A DNA stretch of 32,075 nt from a virus. Taxonomy: Duplodnaviria; Caudoviricetes. Under the pieces are notes generated by a model. That model saw nothing but the letters and a program-made list of their open reading frames with translations, did not search any database and was not told where the DNA came from. The position numbers and the translations under genes were made by a program. Shown here piece by piece: positions 9,438 through 18,790 of the stretch (its first letter is position 1; each line of letters begins with the position of its first letter). Location: positions 1 through 32,075 of the IMG/VR virus record IMGVR_UViG_3300038316_000066, one strand, 5' to 3'.

Positions 9438-9753
9438 AAAAAACCATATACTGTACAGCAATATGGACTATCAATGGGGCGTCGTTTTCACCGCCTATAA
9501 TGCCTATGTTGCCGTCTTCGTCAACTACAGGAGCTTTATTCTCTGGCAAATCTTCATAGCAGTATTTTAAGCACAGCTTCATTAGCTCTGTAAGGTCTTT
9601 TGGCGGCATCACTTTTCCGCTTGGACTAAATGGTATGCCATATGAGCTAAGGAAGTTAAAAATAGCTGCCCCATCCCATGCTGTTGGTATTTTAAACCTA
9701 AATGTACGTTCTTTACCGTTCTGTTTAATTTTACAATAATCCATTTTAATCAC
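9406..9753 (-). CDS. Tail assembly chaperone (gpG-like)
   Basis: Located between tube and tape measure genes; slippery GTT TTT TTT near the 3' end; alternative ATG at 9744. Confidence 0.75.
   Translation of the reverse strand: MIKMDYCKIKQNGKERTFRFKIPTAWDGAAIFNFLSSYGIPFSPSGKVMPPKDLTELMKLCLKYCYEDLPENKAPVVDEDGNIGIIGGENDAPLIVHIAVQYMVFFYDWWKAETS
9435..9444 (-). other. Programmed -1 ribosomal frameshift site
   Basis: ATG GTT TTT TTT TAC contains a T TTT TTT heptamer; a -1 slip gives TTA CGA CTG GTG GAA GGC..., the frame of the 9182 ORF. Confidence 0.75.
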
Positions 9754-10187
9754 ATTGTTTCAATGTTAGGGCAGAAGAATACCCACGTTACTCTACCGCC
9801 ATTTGATTCATCTTTCCTGTCTGGGCGCTTCTGAATAGAAGCACGCGTTGCTGTAGTAGTCATGCCATTATCAAACTTTTCAGTAATGCGTATTGAAATG
9901 CCGAGAAATTGATTTGGGTCTGAATTATCAAGGACATTTGCTAAGTTATGTAGCCACTTATTAGCAGAAGACGCCTGCTGTAATTCCAGTGAAATTGTAC
10001 CACGATGTGAAAGCACTTCAGAAACCATAACATTTCCATCTGCGCCTAAATCACTTTCGGTATTGTTGTCCTGATATGCAATAGAAACGCTGCCTACGCC
10101 ACTGCCGTTAATGACTTTTTGCCCGACAAGCGCGTGCTGCATCGTTATATTTACTCTATTAAAGCTATATGTTGTTACCCCGTACAT
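9750..10187 (-). CDS. Tail tube protein (DUF3277-like)
   Basis: TYSF..V, GADG.V..S.....GTI.L.LQQ.S..N.WL motifs; 145 aa, follows the sheath gene. Confidence 0.75.
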   Translation of the reverse strand: MYGVTTYSFNRVNITMQHALVGQKVINGSGVGSVSIAYQDNNTESDLGADGNVMVSEVLSHRGTISLELQQASSANKWLHNLANVLDNSDPNQFLGISIRITEKFDNGMTTTATRASIQKRPDRKDESNGGRVTWVFFCPNIETM

Positions 10188-10199
10188 AATTTACCCTCC

Positions 10200-11291
10200 T
10201 TATTTAGTCACGTTCGCTGTTATGGTAAACGAACGCGCAGAATCTGCAAGAATTAAACAAACATAGATTGGAGGAGCTTTCCTTTGTGATTTCTGCGTTT
10301 CAGAAAGGTTCTCCACCGAATCTGCTTGAATAGAATAGCCATTGACAAGAGAATCACCATTTTTTAGCTGTAACACTGTTCCACCGTTCCAAACTCCAGG
10401 CTTTATAAACTGTGCCGATTTTGCTTTGTCGCATTCAATAGCAATTGCAGACGTAGCAAGGGCTATGCCGTCGTCGGAAAGCGGTATTTTCTTTCTTGAA
10501 ACAAGTACGGACATTACAGCGGCTTTAATGTTTGCTGTTAGAATATCTATACCCATAATTTCGTCGCAAGGCGTACCATCAATCATGTTGCCTGGCATAA
10601 ACAAGTCATACTGATTTTCGTAGTTGGCATAGTAGTTACAATTTTCGTTTTGCAGCACTGAAACGTCTGTAGAAGTCAAATCGTCCGTTGAAACTCCTGG
10701 CTCAGATTTGAGTGCTAAGTCAAACGCTTCTGAGCTGTCATTTTCTGCACAAGCATATCCTGCAATAGAAGCAGCTGCATTAGGATAAACTGAATACTGT
10801 ACCAGAGTACGGCTGTATTTTGAATTTTGCAGCTTAGCGCAAAGGTTGCCTGCTGCACCTGTAAAGACATCATTATCTGCTGTAGTGCAGAACATCAGGG
10901 TTGACGGCTTTGCAGATTCTACAAAGGCTGCCATTGCGATTATATCGTCTTTTGTAGCGCCAATTGGTACGCATATGTACCAGCTTGTATCTGCCGCTCT
11001 GCACGCTGTCAAAGCAGCTACGGGGCTTTCATTAGCGCCCTGTACACCTACCATAAGTTTTGCAGGCGTTGGTGTCTGTCCAAAATAAAGGTCTGCTGCT
11101 TTTACTTCTGGGCTGTTTTCAGCAAACCCCGCAGCAATAAGCTCATTTGTACTGCCAAAAGTTTTAACGCGCTCAGCAGTAGATATTATCGTGTTTTTTG
11201 AAAGAAATAACGCTAACGAAAAGTTCTCAGCTTGAGATGACTGCGCCGGCATATTCACAATGATGTTGATTATTGGGCTGAGGTCGAGCAT
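10200..11291 (-). CDS. Tail sheath protein (DUF3383-like)
   Basis: SPE.KAA..YF.Q.P.P..L.VG, K..PGV..D.L, N.NYY..Y, KIP.SD.G and R.APPI motifs. Confidence 0.8.
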   Translation of the reverse strand: MLDLSPIINIIVNMPAQSSQAENFSLALFLSKNTIISTAERVKTFGSTNELIAAGFAENSPEVKAADLYFGQTPTPAKLMVGVQGANESPVAALTACRAADTSWYICVPIGATKDDIIAMAAFVESAKPSTLMFCTTADNDVFTGAAGNLCAKLQNSKYSRTLVQYSVYPNAAASIAGYACAENDSSEAFDLALKSEPGVSTDDLTSTDVSVLQNENCNYYANYENQYDLFMPGNMIDGTPCDEIMGIDILTANIKAAVMSVLVSRKKIPLSDDGIALATSAIAIECDKAKSAQFIKPGVWNGGTVLQLKNGDSLVNGYSIQADSVENLSETQKSQRKAPPIYVCLILADSARSFTITANVTK

Positions 11292-11833
11292 TTATTCACA
11301 ACTCCTTTTTCAGTTTCAATGACGACATCTGCGCTCGCGATTGTGCTAAGCGTTGATGTATCTATTACCAGTTGATTAAAATTAGCCGATAAGTCATATC
11401 TTGAATACCACTGCATACCAATTAATTCTGGAACATACACAGGTTCCGGAATATCTGGAATAAGCGATATGTTGTTTTGTTCAAGCATATTCTGTACATC
11501 TGGCCTCATCAAGCCAATTCGTATTTTGTCGGCATTTTCCATGCCGTTATCTCCGTAAAGCTGCCAATTGAAAGTAAGGCTTCTCACATGCTTTGTTATC
11601 TGTGTAATTGTGTCTGTACCAGCGCCCTCAGTAGTAACATCTATTTGACGATTGATAGGCGCATCTCCAAACTGCGCAAGATAAAACACCATATCATTAT
11701 GCGGATTTCTTAACGCTGTTGGGTTTGGCACAGAATACAATGGCCGTATGTTTTGCGGGTTTTTACTCGCATCAATGCCTAAAATCTGACATGTTACATA
11801 AAAAACAAGGTCCATTAAGTCATGCTGCAGCAT
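11270..11833 (-). CDS. Neck/tail terminator protein
   Basis: Immediately upstream of the sheath; W..YG.....AD.IR and PEL...QW..RYDL...FN pattern. Confidence 0.65.
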   Translation of the reverse strand: MLQHDLMDLVFYVTCQILGIDASKNPQNIRPLYSVPNPTALRNPHNDMVFYLAQFGDAPINRQIDVTTEGAGTDTITQITKHVRSLTFNWQLYGDNGMENADKIRIGLMRPDVQNMLEQNNISLIPDIPEPVYVPELIGMQWYSRYDLSANFNQLVIDTSTLSTIASADVVIETEKGVVNKCSTSAQ

Positions 11834-12234
11834 TATGATGCGCCTTCCTTTTGCGCTTCGGCTTCAAACACTCCCCATTGCGAACGGTCAAGCACATCAA
11901 GTATTCTGTAGCGTGTTTCGCGCGGTGTTTTATACCCTGCAATGGCGACGTCAGAAACATTGTTTTCTGTGTCATCACCGGAAGTATTATCGCGAGTTAT
12001 ATATATCGGTGTATTAGAATCTACATATATCTTTACATAGCCTGAAACAATGTCGCCATGCTCAGTCTGAATAATTTCTTTTGTGTTTTTTGGCGCTACC
12101 ATTACGCCTTTCACTACAATAATGCTCGTATCTGCCTTATAATCAGCGCCCTCATAGTGTCCGCCTGTCGTCCGCTCTATCGTAATATTGCTTTCAAAAT
12201 CAGGGTCATGTATAGCTTCGCTCACATCAATCAT
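11833..12234 (-). CDS. Head closure/head-tail connector protein
   Basis: MIDVSE.I.DPDF...ITI.R..G.Y pattern; neck gene position. Confidence 0.6.
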   Translation of the reverse strand: MIDVSEAIHDPDFESNITIERTTGGHYEGADYKADTSIIVVKGVMVAPKNTKEIIQTEHGDIVSGYVKIYVDSNTPIYITRDNTSGDDTENNVSDVAIAGYKTPRETRYRILDVLDRSQWGVFEAEAQKEGAS

Positions 12235-12803
12235 TTTTCGTCCTCCCGAATTGCAAATGTAATTGATTTGCGCAGTTGGGCTGTATCGATTAAAGGTTTG
12301 TCTGAACCTTTTGCTTTAATAGTGCTTGACGCATTTGCCGGCCAACCGCTTTTGGGATTAGTAAACCAGTCTTTAACATCGTCTCTGGCTTCTTGTCCGA
12401 CTTCTTTTAAAGCTTCATTAACGTCTCCACCATTTGCAGCTTGCTCAGCAGCATTGCTAAGCAATTCGCTTATATCTTCTTTTGAGTTTTCAATTGCAGG
12501 TTCAATAATTGGTCGAGGTGGTACTTGATAAGCAAAACTGCCGTGCTCATGTATATACATTTGCAAGGCAGTGCTATATTTCGTACCTTTGTCAATTTCG
12601 GCCTGCATATCTTTGCGCACCTTATTTGGCCTTACGCCGTGCGTGTGGATATACACTAAGTCGGCATTGTCCACGTCTGAATTATTGCGTCCAGCAGTTC
12701 CTTTCGTTACCCCAACACAGACTTTTTGCAACGATAGCTTTTTAAGCCTGTCTATAATTGTCTGTGCACCGCCATCATGCGATATATGATATGTTTTCAC
12801 CAT
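12231..12803 (-). CDS. Neck protein (HK97 gp10-like)
   Basis: HEHGS....VPPRP.IEP and W.PNA.STI..KGSDKPLIDT.QLR.SIT-like motifs. Confidence 0.75.
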   Translation of the reverse strand: MVKTYHISHDGGAQTIIDRLKKLSLQKVCVGVTKGTAGRNNSDVDNADLVYIHTHGVRPNKVRKDMQAEIDKGTKYSTALQMYIHEHGSFAYQVPPRPIIEPAIENSKEDISELLSNAAEQAANGGDVNEALKEVGQEARDDVKDWFTNPKSGWPANASSTIKAKGSDKPLIDTAQLRKSITFAIREDEK

Positions 12804-13285
12804 ACATACGCACCGCCCATTCCCGCCATTTTCGCAAAAGTAATAAGCTGCTGGCCATATGTCGTCATTTTTAGTGAGCCAAAGCCTTTAAAATCCTCTG
12901 TTGCAGAGCCTGTATCAAAGCTTTCTGAAACGTCGCCAACACTTTTTGAAGATTGAAGCATAACCGGCTGTGCACCTGCTAATATACCTTGCGGTGTGCT
13001 GCTTCCTTTTGTAGAAGATAAAAACATTGTGCAAAAGTGTGCCATAAACAGCCCCATACAGTATCGCCATGCTTCACCATATTTTGATGATGACAAACTT
13101 GAATTTGCTATACTTAGAAACTTTTGCAACAGGGAAGAAGGAATAGTTGTGCAAACATCTTTAAACTGTGGAAAATCAGTAGTAAAGTCTGATAGCTCAT
13201 AGTCTGGATTTGAAGTACTGCCGGTATTTGCTGCTGCTGGAATTTCAGCGGCCATTTTGCCATTTGTAAAAAAAGACATGCTCAA
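12797..13285 (-). CDS. Head-tail adaptor (DUF4054)
   Basis: F..DFPQF, LF.AH, SSKSVGDVS.S.D and T.YGQQ motifs; alternative ATG at 13279. Confidence 0.75.
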   Translation of the reverse strand: MSMSFFTNGKMAAEIPAAANTGSTSNPDYELSDFTTDFPQFKDVCTTIPSSLLQKFLSIANSSLSSSKYGEAWRYCMGLFMAHFCTMFLSSTKGSSTPQGILAGAQPVMLQSSKSVGDVSESFDTGSATEDFKGFGSLKMTTYGQQLITFAKMAGMGGAYVW

Positions 13286-13301
13286 CTATCCCTCTTTCAG
13301 C

Positions 13302-13508
13302 TTATTTTTTTGCAGATTTTGCTGCGGGCTTTGTAACCGCAACTGGTGGTGCTCCAACATATGTAATCGTTTTGTCGCTTACACATGCCTTAAAATAGTC
13401 ATTGTCTTTAAGCCAATCGGGGGCTTCCCCGAGAAAATCAGGTTTTGTATCAAACGTAATGCCTTTCCCACCGCCAAAATGGCGGGCTGCTGTTGCATGA
13501 ATAAACAT
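13302..13508 (-). CDS. Small conserved phage protein downstream of the capsid gene
   Basis: GGAGG RBS before ATG 13508; EAPDW...DYF...V.D..I pattern and K-rich tail. Confidence 0.65.
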   Translation of the reverse strand: MFIHATAARHFGGGKGITFDTKPDFLGEAPDWLKDNDYFKACVSDKTITYVGAPPVAVTKPAAKSAKK

Positions 13509-13532
13509 AAGTAAATCCTCCAATTTAAATAA

Positions 13533-13565
13533 ATAAAGAAAAGGTTCGGTTTAGCGCCGAACCTT
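13533..13565 (-). terminator. Intrinsic terminator after the major capsid gene
   Basis: AAGGTTCGG-CGCTAAA-CCGAACCTT followed by TTCTTTATTT on the minus strand. Confidence 0.8.
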
Positions 13566-13579
13566 GTTTAAGCAAAATG

Positions 13580-14617
13580 TCAAATGCCGTCAAAATATCC
13601 TATCGTCGCGTAGTACATCATTTCAACTTCTGAAACGTTCGCAGCATACAGTGTATCCATAGAAAGTGCGTTTGAGTTATAAATAGTACGGCGACGCGTA
13701 AGTGGCTGGAGCTCTTCAACTGCAAGGAAGCGCGGGTTATGCACATATACGGCCATACGGTCAGTATTTTTTGCACCTGCGCCTTTAGCATAATTGCTCA
13801 TACCGAACACAAGGTTGCCGCCATTGATGTTGCAAATGTTGTTTTCCTGAATGAATGTAAGAATTGTTTTCTGCGCAAGCTCTGAAACTTTTGTAGTAGC
13901 GATATAGTTGTACTGCTTGAATGGCAGGAGGATATGATTTGGTATTGCACTCATATCATTGCCTGCACGTTCCCATACGGTATTAATTGCACCGTTTATA
14001 TCAGCAAGGATTTCATCTGCTGTCTTGTTTTCCCATGTTGTCTTACCGCTGGCGCCATTTGCAACACTCTGCGCAATAACGTTCGGGTTATTCAGAAGTC
14101 CTGTAGTGCCGTTTACACCCACAAACACATTTGCGTCCATGTGCTTTTCATATCCGAGCCGTACACCATCGGTAAGCAAGCTGTCAAGGTTACGTCCTGT
14201 AATCTTTGCGCGCTCTGCGTCAAACTCGTTAATACGAAGGAACATAGCAACGATATGCGTTTTGAATAAATCCTTGCCGATGTTGGCCTGTATTACCGGC
14301 ACAGCGTTAGAACCGTTGGCATGAACGGGGCCATTAGAAGTACCTCCGGAAAGCCCAAAGTCAATATTAAAGTTGGAAGCATATTCCGCCCAACCTCCGC
14401 CGACTTTAACCGGAATATTTTTGCTCCATGTGTATGTTGTAAGTGGCTGGCGTACCATCGGGTCGCGCTTCTCAAGCTCTGAAACAAGAAAAGCACCGGA
14501 AGTAGACGGTGAAGCATCTGTAGCAAAATCTCTTATACCCATTGGTGAGTTAAAACCGTTGGTCACATGGCCGTTACTGTCTACAGTGTATTTGGAAATA
14601 CCTATGTCTTTATACAT
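13580..14617 (-). CDS. Major capsid protein (DUF2184, HK97 fold)
   Basis: AFLVSELEKRDP...PL, GLLNNPNV, W..KT.DEIL.DIN, PNHILLP, DRM.VY and C-terminal Y.DGI. Confidence 0.9.
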   Translation of the reverse strand: MYKDIGISKYTVDSNGHVTNGFNSPMGIRDFATDASPSTSGAFLVSELEKRDPMVRQPLTTYTWSKNIPVKVGGGWAEYASNFNIDFGLSGGTSNGPVHANGSNAVPVIQANIGKDLFKTHIVAMFLRINEFDAERAKITGRNLDSLLTDGVRLGYEKHMDANVFVGVNGTTGLLNNPNVIAQSVANGASGKTTWENKTADEILADINGAINTVWERAGNDMSAIPNHILLPFKQYNYIATTKVSELAQKTILTFIQENNICNINGGNLVFGMSNYAKGAGAKNTDRMAVYVHNPRFLAVEELQPLTRRRTIYNSNALSMDTLYAANVSEVEMMYYATIGYFDGI

Positions 14618-14635
14618 TTATGTTAACCTCCATAT

Positions 14636-15152
14636 TTAAGAATTGTTGCGGGTCTTAATTACAAGCTCTGCAATGCCATTTACATCAGCTGTAGTGCCCC
14701 ATGTGGTGTTATCTATTTTTATCGTATTAGCGATCTGCGGCAGCTTCAAAGCCACCTACGGGGTTTGCAGCAGTACCATTTGCAATGCGTACATATACGT
14801 TGCCATCGATGACCGGCGGGTTTACGCCTACATTATGGACTTCTACAGATACAGCACCGCGTTCAAACACCGGCAACACCTGTTCAGGCAGATATGCACC
14901 GACAGACTGGTCAGGATAAGACAGCGCAGACTTAATAAATGAAGCAGCGACGCCTTTAAATGCAGCAGACGTCGCTGTAAGGCCTGTAGCGCCTATAGCA
15001 GCTACTCCGCTTGCTACACTAAAGACAGGCGTACCGAATGCAATACTTGTGTCTCCAGCGTTCTTAAAGGCCTTAATTACCATATCTGGCTGTTCTGCAT
15101 AATGGCCGGAAAAGCCGTTGTTAAATGATGTTTCTATTACTTTACCAGGCAT
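14636..15152 (-). CDS. Capsid decoration/cement protein with an apparent frameshift before its last 30 residues
   Basis: MPGKVI...N.GF.G....PD, V.ERG.V.V, VYVRI and VGGFEAAAD, then TAA at 14727-14729; the +1 frame continues NTIKIDNTTWGTTADVNGIAELVIKTRNNS to a stop just before the capsid RBS. Confidence 0.75.
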
Positions 15153-15153
15153 A

Positions 15154-16437
15154 TTATTTGTCCTCCTTACGCACGTGTGGGTTAAGTTTGTCATAAGCGC
15201 TTTGAGCATTTACAATATTGTGTTCGTTCATATAACTGTTTGCAGTACGTTTACGCGCTGCGTCAGCAGTTGTGCGAACGAATGCCATATATCCAGAGTT
15301 ATCACGCGGAACGCCATAAGCGTTACGAATAGCGTCTGCTGCATCTTTTGCCGCCATTTTGTAAGTATGCGGGTCTTTAATTGCCTTGCGCAGTACTTCC
15401 TGTGTAATAGCAGCGGTTGTGCTCATTTCGTCTTTTGCTTTGACAGGTTTTTCAGGTATTTTTTCTGCCGGCAATGTTACCTCAGGCTCCTGCTCTTCTG
15501 GAGATTCGTCCTCTTCTTCCTCTTTTTTGTTATCTTTGGGTTTAATGAGATTGTCTAAATCGTCTCCAGATTCTTTCGGCGCAAGCTCAGCTTTAAGACC
15601 GTCAAGCAGTTCAATTACTTTCTGCAGTAGCACAGCGGTATCAGGTGCTTCATCGTTTGTTTCTGGCTCTTTTTTCGGCTGTACTTCAGGTTTCTTTTCC
15701 GGTTCATTTTCCGGTTCTTTTTCTTGAGATACTTGCTCAGGCTTTTTGTCTGCCGGTATTTCGTCTGTATTCTCTGGCTCTTTAGCCTTTTTAGATACTT
15801 CTTCGAGTTCTTCAGGAGAAATGCTTTCGTCTTTTGCGAGCGACCTTATAATTCTGCCCCAAAAGCCTTTTTTGTTATTTGACATTGTGTTGCCCCTTTC
15901 GATAGATTTTTCGGGTTTTTCATCTTTTATTGCAACGCGGTGTCCAGCCCTGCCGGCATCAACTACGGCAATATGATTACCGCGTATGCGTCTTTGTTCA
16001 AAAATGCCGTTTTCATGCGGCAAAAGGTCATAAGTATACCCGCAACTAATTTCACGTTTGCCGTTCTCAATCTCATGAATTAACTGCGGGTCTGTAATAA
16101 AAAGGTCTGCTATCGTTGTACCTGAATCTGCGCCAACTCCTCGCCTTACATTTTGTGCATGGCCTTTTTCGTATATTTGTATATTTTCAGCGTTAATTAC
16201 TTCTGGTGGGTGTCCATCTGTGACAGGCTTGCCTTCAAAAGAAGCAAGTGCTGCTTTGTCAAAGACTTCTTCAGGCCTGCGTAATACCTTGTGCAGGTTG
16301 TTATCTCCTATACCTAATTCATCGCCTGCATATTCCTGCATTCCGACGCGGTTTATTGGTACGTCATGGCATATAAGATAGCCTTCATCAGTCTTTGTCA
16401 TATGTGGACTGATTTTAGAACCATAATATGCTTGCAA
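15154..16437 (-). CDS. Prohead protease (DUF2213) with C-terminal scaffold
   Basis: T.EGYL.C.DVPI.R.G.Q.Y, SFEGKPVT.GHP, G.REISCGY, IRGNH.A.V..GRAG; acidic E/P/K-rich C-terminal half. Confidence 0.85.
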   Translation of the reverse strand: MQAYYGSKISPHMTKTDEGYLICHDVPINRVGMQEYAGDELGIGDNNLHKVLRRPEEVFDKAALASFEGKPVTDGHPPEVINAENIQIYEKGHAQNVRRGVGADSGTTIADLFITDPQLIHEIENGKREISCGYTYDLLPHENGIFEQRRIRGNHIAVVDAGRAGHRVAIKDEKPEKSIERGNTMSNNKKGFWGRIIRSLAKDESISPEELEEVSKKAKEPENTDEIPADKKPEQVSQEKEPENEPEKKPEVQPKKEPETNDEAPDTAVLLQKVIELLDGLKAELAPKESGDDLDNLIKPKDNKKEEEEDESPEEQEPEVTLPAEKIPEKPVKAKDEMSTTAAITQEVLRKAIKDPHTYKMAAKDAADAIRNAYGVPRDNSGYMAFVRTTADAARKRTANSYMNEHNIVNAQSAYDKLNPHVRKEDK

Positions 16438-16439
16438 TT

Positions 16440-16787
16440 TTATTCACTCCCCTCAGCTGGGTCTGTCTGATAGCGCGCTAAGATTTCACTGTAAATTCTG
16501 CTATGGCCGTTCTCATCGTTTGTGATTTTCACAATCTTTTCAATATCTTCTGGCGGACATTTGGTAAGCAAGTCAAGCCCTATTGCTATTGCATTGTTCT
16601 CTTCTGTCTGTGCGTGCTGTAAGGCCTGTACATATGTAGTGCTATTAGTATCGTCCGCATCTTTATGCGCTTCACGGGCTTTAGCGTAAGCAATAGCAAC
16701 AGCTTGTTTTTCAGGCTTTCCATTTGCGCGCTCAATAGCGATATTCTTTGATATGCTCTTCTGGCTGTGTCCATTTGCTAATGGCAT
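16440..16787 (-). CDS. Small head-associated protein: basic MPL..G.S...IS.NI...QAVAIA domain plus a half ferritin-like helix pair
   Basis: N-terminal common phage motif; C-terminal EENNAI...I..DE..H pattern; GAGGTG RBS. Confidence 0.6.
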   Translation of the reverse strand: MPLANGHSQKSISKNIAIERANGKPEKQAVAIAYAKAREAHKDADDTNSTTYVQALQHAQTEENNAIAIGLDLLTKCPPEDIEKIVKITNDENGHSRIYSEILARYQTDPAEGSE

Positions 16788-16798
16788 TTTTTACACCT

Positions 16799-17641
16799 CT
16801 ATTTGATAGCTCCAAATCTGTTTTGAAACTCTTTTTTGCTCATCATAGTTATTTCTCCTCCTGCACATACTCTATGTGGCCATTCGACCTTACGCCATAA
16901 AATAACCGGCTGCGCATAACAGCGGCAGTTTGGACAATTACCTGCGTTATAACGTCCTAAGTTGGAAGATATGTTTACAAGCTTTTCTGGAGCAGGCGGG
17001 TCGCTAAAGCGGCATAAGACGCCATTCATGTTTTTGTGTGATTTTCTTACACGCTGGTCTTCCGATGTGCGCCATATATACCAATCATGGCCTGTATCTT
17101 CTGCCTGCGCCTGTACAAGTGCGCTCTGTGCTTTTGATGTTTCAGTACGTGCAATAAGCTTAGCGTGAGAATCGGATAAACCTATGACTGCTTTTTTAAA
17201 TTCTTCGTTTTCTTCCAAATTCCTTCTGCCATTGAGAGCATATTCAGACGCTAATTTCACAATCCTTTTTGAAAGTTCTTGCGGTACGCTTTGAATGTAT
17301 TTTGCATTTTCTTCAATAAGTTCATTGTACCTTTGCCCTACACGGCCTTCCATGTTATGTTCGAGGCTGTTACGTATAGATTGCCCTTGCCCCGACATTT
17401 GCGCCGCCTGCCGCCATGTGCGCGCATTTTCTTCAAGGGTATTTGTAACGAAAGTATGTGCCAAAGCGTATGCCCATTTTTTAAACGGCTTTGACGCTTG
17501 GATATTTTTGAACTTTCTTTGTATGTCCTTTAAGGCGTCATACCTTGATATTTTAGAAGCTATATATCTGCCTAACTTTCTTAAAGCATATTTGTATTTT
17601 GCTTCAATATGCTTTCTTGCTTCCCATGCTTGAAACTTCAT
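16799..17641 (-). CDS. Minor head/head morphogenesis protein (MuF, SPP1 gp7-like), short form
   Basis: A.LIARTETSKA, Y.W.TS.D.RVR.SH..M.G and G..PNCRC motifs. Confidence 0.9.
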   Translation of the reverse strand: MKFQAWEARKHIEAKYKYALRKLGRYIASKISRYDALKDIQRKFKNIQASKPFKKWAYALAHTFVTNTLEENARTWRQAAQMSGQGQSIRNSLEHNMEGRVGQRYNELIEENAKYIQSVPQELSKRIVKLASEYALNGRRNLEENEEFKKAVIGLSDSHAKLIARTETSKAQSALVQAQAEDTGHDWYIWRTSEDQRVRKSHKNMNGVLCRFSDPPAPEKLVNISSNLGRYNAGNCPNCRCYAQPVILWRKVEWPHRVCAGGEITMMSKKEFQNRFGAIK

Positions 17642-17650
17642 AGCTCTACC

Positions 17651-18531
17651 TTAATCCCACATGTGCTCCCGCGCATTTTCGGATACTTCTTTGCGCATAT
17701 CAGCAATGATTTTCTTCCAGTCATTCGGGTTATCTTCAAACCGTTCCAGCATTTTCTGGCCTATGCTTGCAAGCTCACCATTATATTTACCCACCATGTT
17801 TTTAGCTTCAATATATGCAGCTGCCTGCGGATATTTTTTCAGCAGCTCTTCTTCACTGCCTTTCGGATATTTGCCTACACCTTTGCCGCCATAATCGTTA
17901 AATGACTTGTTTAACTTATCATGCCATTTAAGCTGTGCCTCGCGCTGGCTTTCAATTCCTTTTAGTCCGCGGATAGATTCAATGTTTTTCTTTTTGCGCT
18001 CCGCTTGTGCTTTAGCTTTTGCTTACCTATCAGCAAAGTGCTCTTTTATTTTCGGTATAACCTTTATAAGGGTTTGCCTTTCGGTTAAGCTTCTCGGCGC
18101 TTTGGCAATATATGGCTTACCTTTGTTTGCACCAAACGTTACAGGAGTGATTTCGTATTTGTCGATTATATTCTTTATTTTTTGTTTCATGGCTGGGTTC
18201 TTAAGTACGGTTTGACTTTGCGCCGGCTGAGTTGTTTATTACACTTTCTGCCTTGGAACTGGAAGAGGACTTTGACGAGCTCTTCCACCATGATGTAATA
18301 GATTTCCCCTTTGCAGACTTTGGAAGCGAACCGCCTACAATATTCCCATGCTCATCAATCTTTACATGACGGCCTGTGCGTTCGCCCAAATCGTTCTCTC
18401 CCGAACCTATCGTTATCCATTTATCAGCGTCTGCAGCTAATATTGACTTCTGTGGCACGAGTGACAGAAATAAATCTTCTAAAGCGTCTATAAGCTTATA
18501 ATAGATACTCACGCCTTTTGCTGTTTATCAA
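17651..18531 (-). pseudogene. Interrupted head-associated protein (~292 aa if restored)
   Basis: D..WITI...G.HV.ID..G.I.GG motif. Pieces join via +1 shifts at TAA 18496-18498 (tentative) and TAA 18201-18203 and an in-frame TAA at 18023-18025; the last frame ends HMWD* at 17651, just before the MuF start. Confidence 0.65.
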
Positions 18532-18565
18532 AGCACATCACCTTACGTATCACCCAAAATTGGGC

Positions 18566-18592
18566 ATAAAAAAGCCGCCCTGAAAGGCGGTT
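18566..18592 (-). terminator. Intrinsic terminator after the CPCC gene
   Basis: AACCGCC-TTTCAG-GGCGGCT followed by TTTTTAT on the minus strand. Confidence 0.75.
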
Positions 18593-18603
18593 GTATATCT
18601 GGA

Positions 18604-18786
18604 CTATCTTAGCGGTTTCCCCTGCCTATATGCTTCTCGTGCTTCATTCAAACTCATCTCGTTTGCGCCGCCTTCGTAGTCGGGGTCATCTAATTGAACC
18701 CCGTCATTTTCCCAACCACATACGTCGCATACGTCAAAATCATTATCCTGTGCGAATTCATATTTACCACAAACAGGGCACTTCAT
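18604..18786 (-). CDS. Cys-rich CPCC-family protein (putative immunity/antitoxin)
   Basis: CPVCG...FDVCDVCGWENDG......GGAN.MSL.EAR signature; starts 4 bp after the portal-toxin stop. Confidence 0.85.
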   Translation of the reverse strand: MKCPVCGKYEFAQDNDFDVCDVCGWENDGVQLDDPDYEGGANEMSLNEAREAYRQGKPLR

Positions 18787-18790
18787 AAAT

